Shown: in pieces, positions 45,576 to 55,766 of the stretch
Position numbering within the stretch: position 1 is the first letter of the stretch
Layout: each line of letters begins with the position of its first letter
Source of the DNA: Candidatus Peribacteria bacterium
GTDB lineage: Bacteria; Patescibacteriota; Gracilibacteria; Peribacterales; Peribacteraceae
Reading direction: 5' to 3'
DNA: 58,789 nucleotides
Assembly: GCA_943354555.1 (NCBI GenBank)
Contig: CALRCM010000003.1
Location: 1 to 58,789 of the forward strand
Program-made: the position numbers and the translations under genes
The notes under the pieces: model-generated
Database searches by the model: none
Seen by the model: the letters and a program-made list of their open reading frames with translations, nothing else
What the model was told of the DNA's origin: nothing

Positions 45576-47540
45576 TTATTTTCTTGAATCAGGAAATTTA
45601 TCGGGGCTTTGCAAACACTCAAGCATTCGCTCCTCCATCTCGACTTCAAGAGAAAGTTTGATCTGATCGATGGTCATAGTATCTGGATCAAATTTTTCAA
45701 TGAAGGATGTAAGCATACTATAGCCAATATTGCCGACTTGCCTTTCTGTAGCTGTAGATTTTCCTCTGTCATCACGAAAAAGATTCTCCGCAAGCTTATA
45801 CACCCAAATCATCTGGAACCTTCTCAGCCAATCAACAAAACCGCGGTAATCATATACATTCTGTCGTCCCTGTTCCTTTGCCCAATCGACACAGCGCTTT
45901 CTACGTAAAACTTCTTGAGCAGATTTCTCCGTAATCTTGGGTTTTGAAGCTTTGCCTTGGCTCGGAGTTTGGTGTGGAATGCCGAGAGCATTCATGACAG
46001 CTTCACGGATCTTCGGTTGCGCGTAGTCTCGTATAAGATGACCGTCTCTGGAGGACACATAGGTGGTAAATGTTTCTCTGAGCACAGATAAACCTGCATT
46101 ATAGGCATCCTGCCATTTTGGATGATCAGACCCTACATGGTTGTGGACCTCTTGGCGTACATGATTACTGAAATTCAGCTCAGCAAGCTCTAAAGCCCGC
46201 TTGTAGTTAGGAATGCTTGTACCCGTAGCAAGTGCTAGCCAGGCAATGAATTGTTTTGCCTGCTCTGCAGCGGAACTTTCTGGAGCTGGTTTTTGCGCGG
46301 CAGAAGCATCACTCACCAATGCAAAGAGAGCGGTACTCTGAGGATCTTCCGTAACCGGTGCAGCAACGGGCGAATCGCTAGACTGAGGAGATATTGTGAC
46401 ACTCTTATCCTCAGCAATCACCGTTTTAGGACTGGATGCCACTAAGGAGGGAGATGCTCCATGGCTACCTTGAAATTTTTTATACTGAGCCGGCAAAAGC
46501 AGATAGTGGCGACATGTTAGTGCGATGGAACGTTTTGGAGTTTCAAGAAGTCCCTCATCAACTCTTAGAAGAAACGTACGGATCATATTGTCGGTCCATT
46601 TTTTCCAGTTACCCTTCGGTTCCTCAATAGTGAATGTAGGTGATGCAGGGAGCATTTCATCAGGTTCGACAGCGGGAGAAATTGCCTCTGGAGCAGGAAT
46701 TTGCTTTTGAGGAATTGGTGGTTCGGAAGAAGGTTGCGACGAGGCTGCCATCTTCACTGGAGGTTGAGGCGAATGTCCTGCCGGAAGTTTTTCTGCATGT
46801 AGTTTTGCCGGCTGAAGAGAGGCAGCACCCACTACTCTAGCAGGCTCCGCCGTATGCGTTGGGACTGAGGGCTGAGAGGCAGGAGGCACTGGTGAAGATA
46901 TGCTTGTCGCTCTTGCCTGCAGACGTATGTACCGTGCGAATTTTCTTACAGCTTGAATCGCATCGTGGGAATGCCCCATGTCTACTGCCTTTTGATCAGA
47001 ATACTGATCAAGCACAACCAGAATTTTTTTTGCTCTTTCTGTAGTCAATTTCACTCCTCTTCCGCAAAGAGGACCCAACTGTTCTAAAGCTCGCTCAAGA
47101 CCACTAGCGGTTCTGAGCTCACTATCATTTGGCCCCTTTATTGCCTCATCCCAACCGTCACGCTGACGATCGGACTTGGGTGCATCTGCAAATCCATCCT
47201 CCTCCTCCAGTTCAATCTGCACGCCAAGTTCTCGCAGCTCAGCGACTTTCACATGGTTTTCAATCACATTGTCTCTGGTGACCGCTGCGACCTGACTCCG
47301 AAAATCCTCTACAAGCTGAATCACCTCCCGCCCATGCTCTGCTACAGCCGCTCTTGCATCTTTCTGCACCGCATGAAGAGCATCCAGAACTCTCGCAATC
47401 GGCATCTGGCCGATATGTGTACGCCGATCGGCCTCTGACTGAATATCCGCAAGAACACGCTCCAGATCGGACATATGAGGCCTTGGAGATGGATGATGAG
47501 ACATGGCCGAAAAGAATAGCGAAATGCCGCTGTAAAACAA
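45576..47540 (-). CDS. Hypothetical protein with two sigma-70 region-2-like modules
   Basis: QDAYNAGLSVLRETFTTYVSSRDGHLIRDYAQPKIREAV and RQVGNIGYSMLTSFIEKFDPD; Pro/Ser-rich linkers; true start probably downstream of 47540. Confidence 0.7.
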   Translation of the reverse strand: MFYSGISLFFSAMSHHPSPRPHMSDLERVLADIQSEADRRTHIGQMPIARVLDALHAVQKDARAAVAEHGREVIQLVEDFRSQVAAVTRDNVIENHVKVAELRELGVQIELEEEDGFADAPKSDRQRDGWDEAIKGPNDSELRTASGLERALEQLGPLCGRGVKLTTERAKKILVVLDQYSDQKAVDMGHSHDAIQAVRKFARYIRLQARATSISSPVPPASQPSVPTHTAEPARVVGAASLQPAKLHAEKLPAGHSPQPPVKMAASSQPSSEPPIPQKQIPAPEAISPAVEPDEMLPASPTFTIEEPKGNWKKWTDNMIRTFLLRVDEGLLETPKRSIALTCRHYLLLPAQYKKFQGSHGASPSLVASSPKTVIAEDKSVTISPQSSDSPVAAPVTEDPQSTALFALVSDASAAQKPAPESSAAEQAKQFIAWLALATGTSIPNYKRALELAELNFSNHVRQEVHNHVGSDHPKWQDAYNAGLSVLRETFTTYVSSRDGHLIRDYAQPKIREAVMNALGIPHQTPSQGKASKPKITEKSAQEVLRRKRCVDWAKEQGRQNVYDYRGFVDWLRRFQMIWVYKLAENLFRDDRGKSTATERQVGNIGYSMLTSFIEKFDPDTMTIDQIKLSLEVEMEERMLECLQSPDKFPDSRK

Positions 47541-47628
47541 TCATTCCAAGTTTATTTTCCTGTAGAGACGCACGCTTTGCAGATCGTATGATGCATTGCC
47601 GAGGTATGGTGAAAGCCACATCGGGCTT

Positions 47629-49053
47629 TTACTCTGTAACAAGCTCTTTCTCGAGCATGGCGTGCAAATGTGCACGGAATAGTTTCTTGGTGGAATTCGG
47701 CGGATTAAATGATTCGATTGCACGTTGCAGAATTGCATCGGAAACTTTCTGTAGAGCAGGGGTTTTCAGAGCTTTAATGCCCGCCTTACGAAGAATAGCC
47801 ACACTGTCAGACTTTGCGATATTCGCATAGGTGTTTCTCAGATGATCCTGAGCATCGGCAAACGTATGTACAAAGGAGCCGTCTTCCTGTTTTTTCACAT
47901 AATCAATGTATCTATCTTTTCTGATGCTCTCAGCCAAAGCTGCGGCATCGATTACTTCATCATCCCCATGCGTGGTAGTAGTAACTGAAGATGCTTCAGC
48001 AGAAGTCATTTCAGCAACAGTGCCCGAGGGGGATCTTCGCGTAGCAGCATCCAATATCCGCTGCCTCTTTCTTGATACTGTCTTGGGTGGAGGATCCACA
48101 GGAACACTATCCTGATGCTGTGCACTTTCCTGAACAGGAACTATAGGATCATCGCTGACCGATACAACATCACTCTCAGAAGATTGCTCTAGAGTGGGAA
48201 TGCTCTCTGGAACTGAAGATGCATCGACCTGTACAGAAGATGTATCCAACTTAGGGGTAGGGGAAAGTGCAGCCGTTTCTCCTTGGGTGGCAAACGGTTC
48301 TTCAGCAGCAAGACTGGCAACCTGAGCATCAGCAGCCACTGCCTGCACATCTAGCTGTTGCATAGCAATCCATTCCAGATCTATTGCCGCAAACACCAAT
48401 GGGTGAGCGTACTGGGTGAATATTTCACCATGCTTATCGGGGTCGAAAGCATCGATACAACTCCTGAGAGTTCGATATGCCACTTGCTTGAGTCTTTGAT
48501 ATTCAGCCTCAACATTGGTCTTATCATGTGCGTAACCGAAAACTACAGGAAAGCTTAATTTTGCCCTTCGCGCTTTATTGAGGGCAGAATGCATAGGTGG
48601 CCTCGATACATTTTCCACTGTAAAATCCGGTTCTTGTCCTAGACCTGAAACTCTGGGCCGTCCCAGTGGTTGGTACCGTGCCCACCCGCGTTCAATACCT
48701 TGTCTCACGCATGCATCCAAGTCTCCCAATGCAGGATCGTAAAACCAAATGGCACGCGCTGCATTATTGCGGGCATTATCTCTGTACCCCTGACGAACCC
48801 GATCTGGCTCCCCATGCACATGCTCTTCCGTAAGCTCATCTGCTAGAGAAAGATATGGAAGCAAAAGTGCGGCAACGGTCTCCTCATGAGAGGCGCAGTC
48901 TATGCCCTGTGCGAACGCCCACCGATGGAGTGTTTCGATGTTTTGCTCAGATGGCAGTGGATCGCCATCCGCAATGATTCTCGTTATGCTTGCTGCAGTG
49001 TGAGGAGTAAGAGGTTTGCGAAAATGGGAAGATAGGCGACCATCCACAGGCAC
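47629..49053 (-). CDS. Hypothetical protein with up to three sigma-70 region-2-like modules
   Basis: AARAIWFYDPALG, LKQVAYRTLRSCIDAFDPDKHGEIFTQYAHPLVFAAI, LQKVSDAILQRAIESFNP. Confidence 0.7.
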   Translation of the reverse strand: MPVDGRLSSHFRKPLTPHTAASITRIIADGDPLPSEQNIETLHRWAFAQGIDCASHEETVAALLLPYLSLADELTEEHVHGEPDRVRQGYRDNARNNAARAIWFYDPALGDLDACVRQGIERGWARYQPLGRPRVSGLGQEPDFTVENVSRPPMHSALNKARRAKLSFPVVFGYAHDKTNVEAEYQRLKQVAYRTLRSCIDAFDPDKHGEIFTQYAHPLVFAAIDLEWIAMQQLDVQAVAADAQVASLAAEEPFATQGETAALSPTPKLDTSSVQVDASSVPESIPTLEQSSESDVVSVSDDPIVPVQESAQHQDSVPVDPPPKTVSRKRQRILDAATRRSPSGTVAEMTSAEASSVTTTTHGDDEVIDAAALAESIRKDRYIDYVKKQEDGSFVHTFADAQDHLRNTYANIAKSDSVAILRKAGIKALKTPALQKVSDAILQRAIESFNPPNSTKKLFRAHLHAMLEKELVTE

Positions 49054-49264
49054 GCCACTGTTGCTATGAAGCTGCGTTACTTGGGTACGTAATTAATCGA
49101 TGAGATACGAAACGATTGGATGACCGGATCTAGTTTCAATCGATCGCAATGATCGATCTTCATCGAAAGATAAGCCGCTGGTTTCTCTGTCTCCAGCCAT
49201 GGCGCAAAAGCATAACAAGAATTGCAGTGACTACAAGACAATTGGCAATAATCTCGTCTCCCTG

Positions 49265-50479
49265 CTACTCATATCGTAGAGCCTCTATAGGGTCCAGCCG
49301 CGAAGCCTTTCGAGCGGGGTACACTCCGAAAACAAGACCCGTGACTACGGCCATCGCAAAAGCCGAAGCGATCGCCGAGAGTGAAAGCACAAAGTGAAAC
49401 TCCCCAAGCACACGATTGGCAATCTGCGAGAGCATCCAACCCGTACCGGCACCAAGAAGGATCCCGATTATCCCCCCCGTACAGGTGAGGGCGACACTTT
49501 CAGCGAGGAACTGCAGAAGGATATCTCTGGGTCTTGCACCTATTGCCTTACGAAGTCCAATCTCCCTCGTTCTCTCGGTAACAGTGACCAACATGATGTT
49601 CATGATGCCGATCCCTCCGACAAGGAGGGAAATGCACGCAATAAGAGCAAGAAAGACTGTGAGCCCCATGGTGACGGAAGAGACAATGGAGGTCACCTGC
49701 TCGGCGGAGCGTGCAATGAAATCGTCTTTATCGGGATCATTTTCAGGATTTTTGATCCTATGACGGTCACGGAGCAACTCGGTGATATCTCGCTTGGCAA
49801 TGTCCGGATCACCGACGGTTTTCAGTGTCATATAGGAAAGATGATCCTGTCCGGAAACAATGCGGGCAGTGGAAAAGGGAATGAAAACCGGCTTGTCCAT
49901 ATCGGAAAGGAGGAGAGATCCTACGCTTTGCAAAGTACCGACAACCGTAAAACTTTCCTCACCAATAGTAATCCTCTCTCCAAGTGGATTTCTGTTGCCG
50001 AAGAGATCAAGAGAAGTTTGGTAAGCAACCACTGCAGAGTGGAGGGCACCTTCTTCATCTGCACTGTCGAGAAGCCTGCCCTGATCAATCTCCAGTCCGT
50101 AGTTACCGAAGATGCTCTCGGTTGCGCCGAATACCATCGGGGTACGCTCCTCGCGTCCATAGCCCACTGGCTTACCAACGATAATGACAGGCACAACATG
50201 CTCAACAGTGGAAAGCCGCTTAACGCGCTCGTAGTCTTCAATTGTAAGACTCTCCAGATTGCCTCCAAATTTTTCAAAACCCGTCGGGATGATGTCCATC
50301 GTGTTTGTTCCAAAGGAGTCAATTTGCGAAAGAATGTACGACTCAAAACTGCGACCGATGCTGATCATAAGAACAACCGCAGCAACACCGATGATGATGC
50401 CGAGCATGGTCATGGCGGTGCGCTTCGTGTTTGTACGAATGCCGGAGAATGCCGCAGTAAGAAGATCTAGTGAATTCAT
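49265..50479 (-). CDS. ABC transporter permease (MacB-like)
   Basis: TMLGIIIGV, ISLLVGGIGIMNIMLVTVTERTREIGLRKAIGA, LDPIEALRYE. Confidence 0.95.
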   Translation of the reverse strand: MNSLDLLTAAFSGIRTNTKRTAMTMLGIIIGVAAVVLMISIGRSFESYILSQIDSFGTNTMDIIPTGFEKFGGNLESLTIEDYERVKRLSTVEHVVPVIIVGKPVGYGREERTPMVFGATESIFGNYGLEIDQGRLLDSADEEGALHSAVVAYQTSLDLFGNRNPLGERITIGEESFTVVGTLQSVGSLLLSDMDKPVFIPFSTARIVSGQDHLSYMTLKTVGDPDIAKRDITELLRDRHRIKNPENDPDKDDFIARSAEQVTSIVSSVTMGLTVFLALIACISLLVGGIGIMNIMLVTVTERTREIGLRKAIGARPRDILLQFLAESVALTCTGGIIGILLGAGTGWMLSQIANRVLGEFHFVLSLSAIASAFAMAVVTGLVFGVYPARKASRLDPIEALRYE

Positions 50480-50534
50480 AAATATGTAATTAAGTTTCAG
50501 CCCTTATTATAAAGTATAAGATCGAATACATAAT

Positions 50535-51764
50535 TTATTCATATCGAAGAGATTCTACAGGATCAAGGGAGGAAGCTTTTCGTGCAGGGCTGATACCGAA
50601 TATCACTCCGGTGAGAGCAGCCATAAGCACAGCGGCAATCATGCTTGGAAAGGAGATAGCAAACAGATAGGTGCTTAGAAATCCTTGAATGATTTGTGCA
50701 ATAATCCACGCAAGCCCCAAGCCAAAAATAAGACCGATCATCCCTCCGGTCACCGTCAGTGCAACACTCTCGGCAAGAAACTGCAAAAGGATATCACGAG
50801 GCCGTGCACCCAAAGCTTTGCGCAAACCGATCTCGCGTGTCCGCTCCGTGACAGTCACAAGCATGATATTCATAATGCCGATACCTCCGACGAGAAGGGA
50901 AATACCGGCAACTGTCGTTATGAAGAGGGTCAACCCCAAAGAGACAGAGCTAAGGATGGCATTCGCCTGCTCGGAGGAACGTACGATGAAATCGTCTTTT
51001 TCCGGATCATTCTTAGGGTTCTCGATCTTGTGACGATAGCGCAGAAGCCCTTCGACATGGGCAAAAGCTACGTCAAAGGAATCCGTCGCAAGCATGGTGA
51101 TGTAGCTGGCGTACTTCTGGCCCGTGACTTGCCTAGCTACTGAAAGCGAGATGTAGACACGATCATCCGCATTTTGAAAGAACTGTGATCCCAATGCTTT
51201 TGTGACACCGACCACGGTGTAGCTTCTGTCTCCGACTGTAATTTCCTTACCGAGAGGATCGGACTGCCCGAAGAGCTCCTCTTTCACATCGGGCCCGAGG
51301 AGGGCAAAGCGCGCAGCACGGTCATTGTCATGAGCATCAAGGAGGCGTCCCTGCGCAGCGGACATCTTCTGATTATGAAAGAAATTCGGATGCACGCCCA
51401 TGATCTGAGCTGAGGATTCCTCCCTGCCGCGCTTCGCAGGACCCGGCATGAAGACAATGGGAGCGATCGTATCGATGGTGGTGAGCTTTTCTAGGTGCTC
51501 GATATCTTCAAAGGTGAGGCTGTCGTGACCTGCAAAGACCTGACTTGCTCCACCTTCCTGATTGCTCCCTGGAAATATCACCATGCTTTTACTTCCAAGA
51601 GATGAAATCTGGCTGAGGATGACCTTCTCCATACTTGCCCCGACAGAGCTCATAAGAACAACCGAACCGACGCCGATGACGATACCGAGCATGGTGAGTG
51701 TCGACCTCCCGATATTGCGGCGAAGTGCGGTAAATGCCGACGTCAGAATATCGGAATACTTCAT
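50535..51764 (-). CDS. ABC transporter permease (MacB-like), paralog
   Basis: Same signature motifs as 49265-50479. Confidence 0.95.
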   Translation of the reverse strand: MKYSDILTSAFTALRRNIGRSTLTMLGIVIGVGSVVLMSSVGASMEKVILSQISSLGSKSMVIFPGSNQEGGASQVFAGHDSLTFEDIEHLEKLTTIDTIAPIVFMPGPAKRGREESSAQIMGVHPNFFHNQKMSAAQGRLLDAHDNDRAARFALLGPDVKEELFGQSDPLGKEITVGDRSYTVVGVTKALGSQFFQNADDRVYISLSVARQVTGQKYASYITMLATDSFDVAFAHVEGLLRYRHKIENPKNDPEKDDFIVRSSEQANAILSSVSLGLTLFITTVAGISLLVGGIGIMNIMLVTVTERTREIGLRKALGARPRDILLQFLAESVALTVTGGMIGLIFGLGLAWIIAQIIQGFLSTYLFAISFPSMIAAVLMAALTGVIFGISPARKASSLDPVESLRYE

Positions 51765-52486
51765 TTTAATTTCACATCGGCACCGGCCTTTCTCCGCTTG
51801 TGGCTGCTCGTATCGGATTCAATAAGGCCGTCTTTTATATGGACGATGCGATCGGCAAACTCCGCAGTAGTCCGCTCGTGCGTGACGAGGATGATGGTGT
51901 GACCTGCAGCATTCAGTTTTTCCAGAACTTCCATGACCTGAAGCCCTGAAGCGGAATCGAGGTTGCCCGTTGGCTCATCGGCAAAAATCAGTGCGGGCTC
52001 TGTCACAAGTGCACGGGCGATGGCTACACGCTGTTTCTGACCTCCGGAAAGCTGGCTACTGAGGAATCCAGCACGATCGGAAAGACCGACCGAAGCGATT
52101 GCCTTACGTGCATATTTCTCTCGGTCTATCGAGGCGATACCCGGATGATACAAAAGAGGCAAAAGAACATTCTCCAGTACCGTCGCTCTCGGCAGGAGGT
52201 GAAATGCCTGAAAAACAAAACTTACTTTCGTAGCGCGAATCGCGGCAAGATCATCGTCGTTTTTTCCTGCGGTATTCTCACCAAGAAATGTGTACGTTCC
52301 CGCTGTGGGGCGGTCCAGGAAACCGAGAATATGCATCAGAGTGGATTTGCCGGAGCCGGATGGCCCCATGATCGCGATGAATTCCCCTGTATCGATCTCC
52401 AGATCGATGCCGTGGAGCACAGCGGTTTCGACTTCATCGTTAAAATACGATTTATGCAGGCCGGAGAGGGAAATCAGAGATGGCAT
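51761..52486 (-). CDS. ABC transporter ATP-binding protein (LolD/MacB-type)
   Basis: [37 protein letters not shown]. Confidence 0.97.
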   Translation of the reverse strand: MPSLISLSGLHKSYFNDEVETAVLHGIDLEIDTGEFIAIMGPSGSGKSTLMHILGFLDRPTAGTYTFLGENTAGKNDDDLAAIRATKVSFVFQAFHLLPRATVLENVLLPLLYHPGIASIDREKYARKAIASVGLSDRAGFLSSQLSGGQKQRVAIARALVTEPALIFADEPTGNLDSASGLQVMEVLEKLNAAGHTIILVTHERTTAEFADRIVHIKDGLIESDTSSHKRRKAGADVKLK

Positions 52487-52504
52487 GTTCAAAGTGGGCA
52501 GTTC

Positions 52505-54295
52505 TCACTCTTTGATAAGAACAATGACAATATCGGCTTCGTCCACGCCCTCCACTTCGACTTCTCCGTCCGAGCCTTCCATTCCCATGGTGACGGACTT
52601 TTCAAGGACTTCACCATCAACAAGTAAACGGACAACAGTTTCACCTTCGGCATTTTCGATGACCGCACGACGCGGGACAGAAAGCACATCTGTGCGTCTT
52701 CCTGTAACGATTTCACAATCACCGGTCATTCCAACACGTAATTCTTCACGAGGAGATGCAAAGTCCAGTTTGACGCGGTACTTGGGCACACCATCGCGAT
52801 CCGTTGCGGCTTCATCTATTTCACTGACGCGTAGGGCGTCAAGGACACCGGGAAATGCATCGAGCTCTATCGATCCTGACTGACTTGTCTGGATCAGCGG
52901 GATGTCCACTTCAGCAACATACAGTTCGATGCGGTAGGGGGTTGTGCCGAGCATGGTGATTGCTGCACCCGTCGGAAGAATCTCGCCCTTCTTCAGATGC
53001 ACATTCGTAATCATGCCGTCGACAGGAGCGGTAAGAACGGTTTCGCCAAATGCAGCACGCGCACGCTGAAGGCGGGCGGCATTCTCCGCAACACGTGCGC
53101 GTGCGGCGAGAATCTCTTGGGGCCTTGTGCCGGCACGCTTAAGCTGCAATTGCGCTGCGGAAATATTCACTGATGCTTCATAGGTGGCGATATCCGCACT
53201 CGAGCGATCGACCTCTCCCTGTGCAGAGGCCAATATAGACTTTTCAGCAGCAATCTGAGTTTTGAAGGATGCGGAGGCATCACGAAGATTATTGAGCGCG
53301 GCATCGACACCGCTCAACGCCGACTGGATGCTGCTGCGCTCCGTTGCAAGCAGGTCGCTGTTTGTATCACGTACGGCATACGTAAAGCTGGAAGTAATCG
53401 GAAGACTCAAAAGAAAATCATTGGCAGAGCGCAGAAGTTCTGCGACTCCCGCAACGGCAGCGCGTGCAGTGGTTAGATCGGCCAGTGCCTCCTCAAAGTC
53501 CACCGCAGTTGCAACAACCGGAAGAGCGGCATCAAGATCGGAAGCTATGCGGCTCTGGCGACTTTTCATATCACTGTATTCGGAGAGGTTGAACTTTTGT
53601 ACGACATCCTGCACGGCTATTGCATCAAAGACATCATTCATTGTCTTGAGACCCGTTCGCGCATCCGCAAGATAGGCACTGGCGGTACTCCCGGCAGCAG
53701 CTACCGTACCTGCAAGAGAAATCTTTGTTTCGCTTTCAAGTGAACGCAGTTTTTCTTTAGACAATAACAATTTGGTTTCAGCCGTAGCCAGAGAGGTTTT
53801 TGCGGTCATCAAGGATGCTTGCTTACTCTGAAGTTCGGCTTCAGCAATGGCAATATCTTCGGGTCTTGTGCCCTCTAGGAGTCCATTTAAATCTGCTTGC
53901 GCGGACTGGAGCGCAGCTCCTGCAGACGCAACATCGGCAGAAAGTGTCCCTGCACGCAGCGCCGAAAGTTTCTGACCGGCTTTGACGATGTCACCTTCTT
54001 TCACAAACACATCACCAACGATGCCGCTTGTCGGAAACTGCAGGGAAAGATCGCGCTCGGAAATCACCGTACCAACGGCTTCAACAGTACGAATGACATC
54101 ACCACGCTTCACGGTATCGGTAATGTACTCAGGAGCTTTGGGGCGCGTCAGGCCGAATGCTGCAAGGACAACGAGAGCACTTCCTCCGACAATCACGGAG
54201 CTCCAGACAGGGTGACGGCGCATGACTGCCGGCCAAGGAAAACGGGCTACTGTGCGCTTGAGACTATTCCAGAAAATGGGAAGTGGATTACGCAT
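52505..54295 (-). CDS. Efflux adaptor (HlyD/MacA-like) with long coiled coil
   Basis: TM, SGIVGDVFVKEGDIVKAGQ lipoyl-like half, long helical hairpin, LTAPVDG, LRVGMTG, VLSVPRRAV. Confidence 0.9.
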   Translation of the reverse strand: MRNPLPIFWNSLKRTVARFPWPAVMRRHPVWSSVIVGGSALVVLAAFGLTRPKAPEYITDTVKRGDVIRTVEAVGTVISERDLSLQFPTSGIVGDVFVKEGDIVKAGQKLSALRAGTLSADVASAGAALQSAQADLNGLLEGTRPEDIAIAEAELQSKQASLMTAKTSLATAETKLLLSKEKLRSLESETKISLAGTVAAAGSTASAYLADARTGLKTMNDVFDAIAVQDVVQKFNLSEYSDMKSRQSRIASDLDAALPVVATAVDFEEALADLTTARAAVAGVAELLRSANDFLLSLPITSSFTYAVRDTNSDLLATERSSIQSALSGVDAALNNLRDASASFKTQIAAEKSILASAQGEVDRSSADIATYEASVNISAAQLQLKRAGTRPQEILAARARVAENAARLQRARAAFGETVLTAPVDGMITNVHLKKGEILPTGAAITMLGTTPYRIELYVAEVDIPLIQTSQSGSIELDAFPGVLDALRVSEIDEAATDRDGVPKYRVKLDFASPREELRVGMTGDCEIVTGRRTDVLSVPRRAVIENAEGETVVRLLVDGEVLEKSVTMGMEGSDGEVEVEGVDEADIVIVLIKE

Positions 54296-54740
54296 GGGGG
54301 GTTTGTGAGTGAAGACGAATAAGATGATCAAAAATATGAGCAAGCTGCTCCTGCTCTGAAACGGGAAGAATGCCGAAAAGGGCACGGAAAGATTCTTCAA
54401 AGTGCCTGAAGGCACGTGTGGCAAGCTGTGCCCCCTCCGGAGTCAGCGTGACACGGACAATCTTACGGTTGACGCGGTCATGGGTGCGCAGAAGTAATCC
54501 CTGCTCTTCCAGTCGCGCTATAAAGACTGTTGCCGAAGGAGAGGTGATGGAAAGCTGCTCTGCAAGCTCCTTCATCGTCATGCCCGGATGCTCACGAACA
54601 GCAAGCAATCCATGGAGCTGCAAGATACTCACACCAACACCCTTCATAGTCGCAGCGTTACGATGACGGAGAATCCTATGCACCTGCATCATCAGACTTG
54701 TGAGATCATCGAGAGCCGATACTGCAGAATCATCTTTCAT
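54288..54740 (-). CDS. MarR-family transcriptional regulator
   Basis: GMTMKELAEQLSITSPSAT..RLEEQGLL.R..D..NRK.V.V.LTPEG; first gene of the efflux operon. Confidence 0.92.
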   Translation of the reverse strand: MKDDSAVSALDDLTSLMMQVHRILRHRNAATMKGVGVSILQLHGLLAVREHPGMTMKELAEQLSITSPSATVFIARLEEQGLLLRTHDRVNRKIVRVTLTPEGAQLATRAFRHFEESFRALFGILPVSEQEQLAHIFDHLIRLHSQTPHA

Positions 54741-54782
54741 AATACTTAGAGAGATGAACAATACGTATGTCTAAATAATGAG

Positions 54783-55697
54783 TCAATCCTCTTTCCAAAG
54801 AAACGAGACTGTCATATAGACGATTGATTTTGTTATTTCTGTCCGGCAAGCACTACCCTTAGGAGAGGTAGCAGCCACAATCTCTCTGATGCGCTCCATA
54901 GCGGAGGGAAGGACGATTCCCTCTCTCAGAAGTTTTTCGGTGGAAAGTATGCAATTACTCCGCGCAGCTTTGGTCATGGACTCTGCAAGAGTCTGGGTCA
55001 GAAGCTCCGGATGCGGTCTGCCCTGCGCCTCCGCAAGCATGCATGCCACCTCGTAGAGCGAAACCGGTCCTGGGTTCACCATATTGAATATTCCCGTGGA
55101 TCTCCGCGCAATGAGCTCTGCGGCTGCATCGACACAATCCGGCACATACGTAATGGAATTGGGCACATCAATGACTTTTGTAAATTTCGCCACTTTACTC
55201 AGAAGATTTTTCGGATGATCCTCTGGCTCAAAAGGCATACGGATCCTGAGCATCAGGATTCCTCCCCGACCCTGAACCGGATCGGAAAACTCACGGAGCA
55301 TGGCTTCTGTCCATTGCTTGGTACGAGAATAGTAACTACCCTGAAAATTGGGTACATCCTCCTCAGAGAAGCCCTTTCCGCCGTTGTCACCGGAGTAGAT
55401 GCAGCCAGAACTGATGTGCACCATATATATCCCCCGCTTCCGGCATTCCTCAGCAAGAATCAGTGGCCCGAGAACATTGCTGCGAAAGGTCTCCTCTTTA
55501 TGATCCTCGCACCAGTCCACATTGGGCGTTCCGGTTTTGCCGACGGCATTGATAACTACATCCGGAACATTCGACTCCAATGCAGCAATAACAGCTGAAG
55601 CATCTGCAATATCGGCAGTGCTGGAAACGGCATCAGGAAACTTTCGGAGAAGATGCCCGCCGATATAGCCGCGTGGGCCAAAGAGGAGGATGCGCAC
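54783..55697 (-). CDS. NDP-4-keto-6-deoxy-sugar epimerase/reductase (RmlD/NRS-ER-like SDR)
   Basis: GPRGYIG, GKTGTPNVDWCE, SSGCIY, YSRTK (YxxxK), LRIRMP, RSNCIL. Confidence 0.88.
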   Translation of the reverse strand: MRILLFGPRGYIGGHLLRKFPDAVSSTADIADASAVIAALESNVPDVVINAVGKTGTPNVDWCEDHKEETFRSNVLGPLILAEECRKRGIYMVHISSGCIYSGDNGGKGFSEEDVPNFQGSYYSRTKQWTEAMLREFSDPVQGRGGILMLRIRMPFEPEDHPKNLLSKVAKFTKVIDVPNSITYVPDCVDAAAELIARRSTGIFNMVNPGPVSLYEVACMLAEAQGRPHPELLTQTLAESMTKAARSNCILSTEKLLREGIVLPSAMERIREIVAATSPKGSACRTEITKSIVYMTVSFLWKED

Positions 55698-55766
55698 GAT
55701 GCATAGTGTACGCGAGAGCGTAAAAAGGATCTAGCAGGAGCCTGAAGCCCCCTCTATACTGTTCCC

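Noticed and set aside
45438-49260. Integrated prophage or integrative element at tRNA-Tyr
   Set aside because: No integrase, phage genes or duplicated tRNA 3' end (attR) seen.
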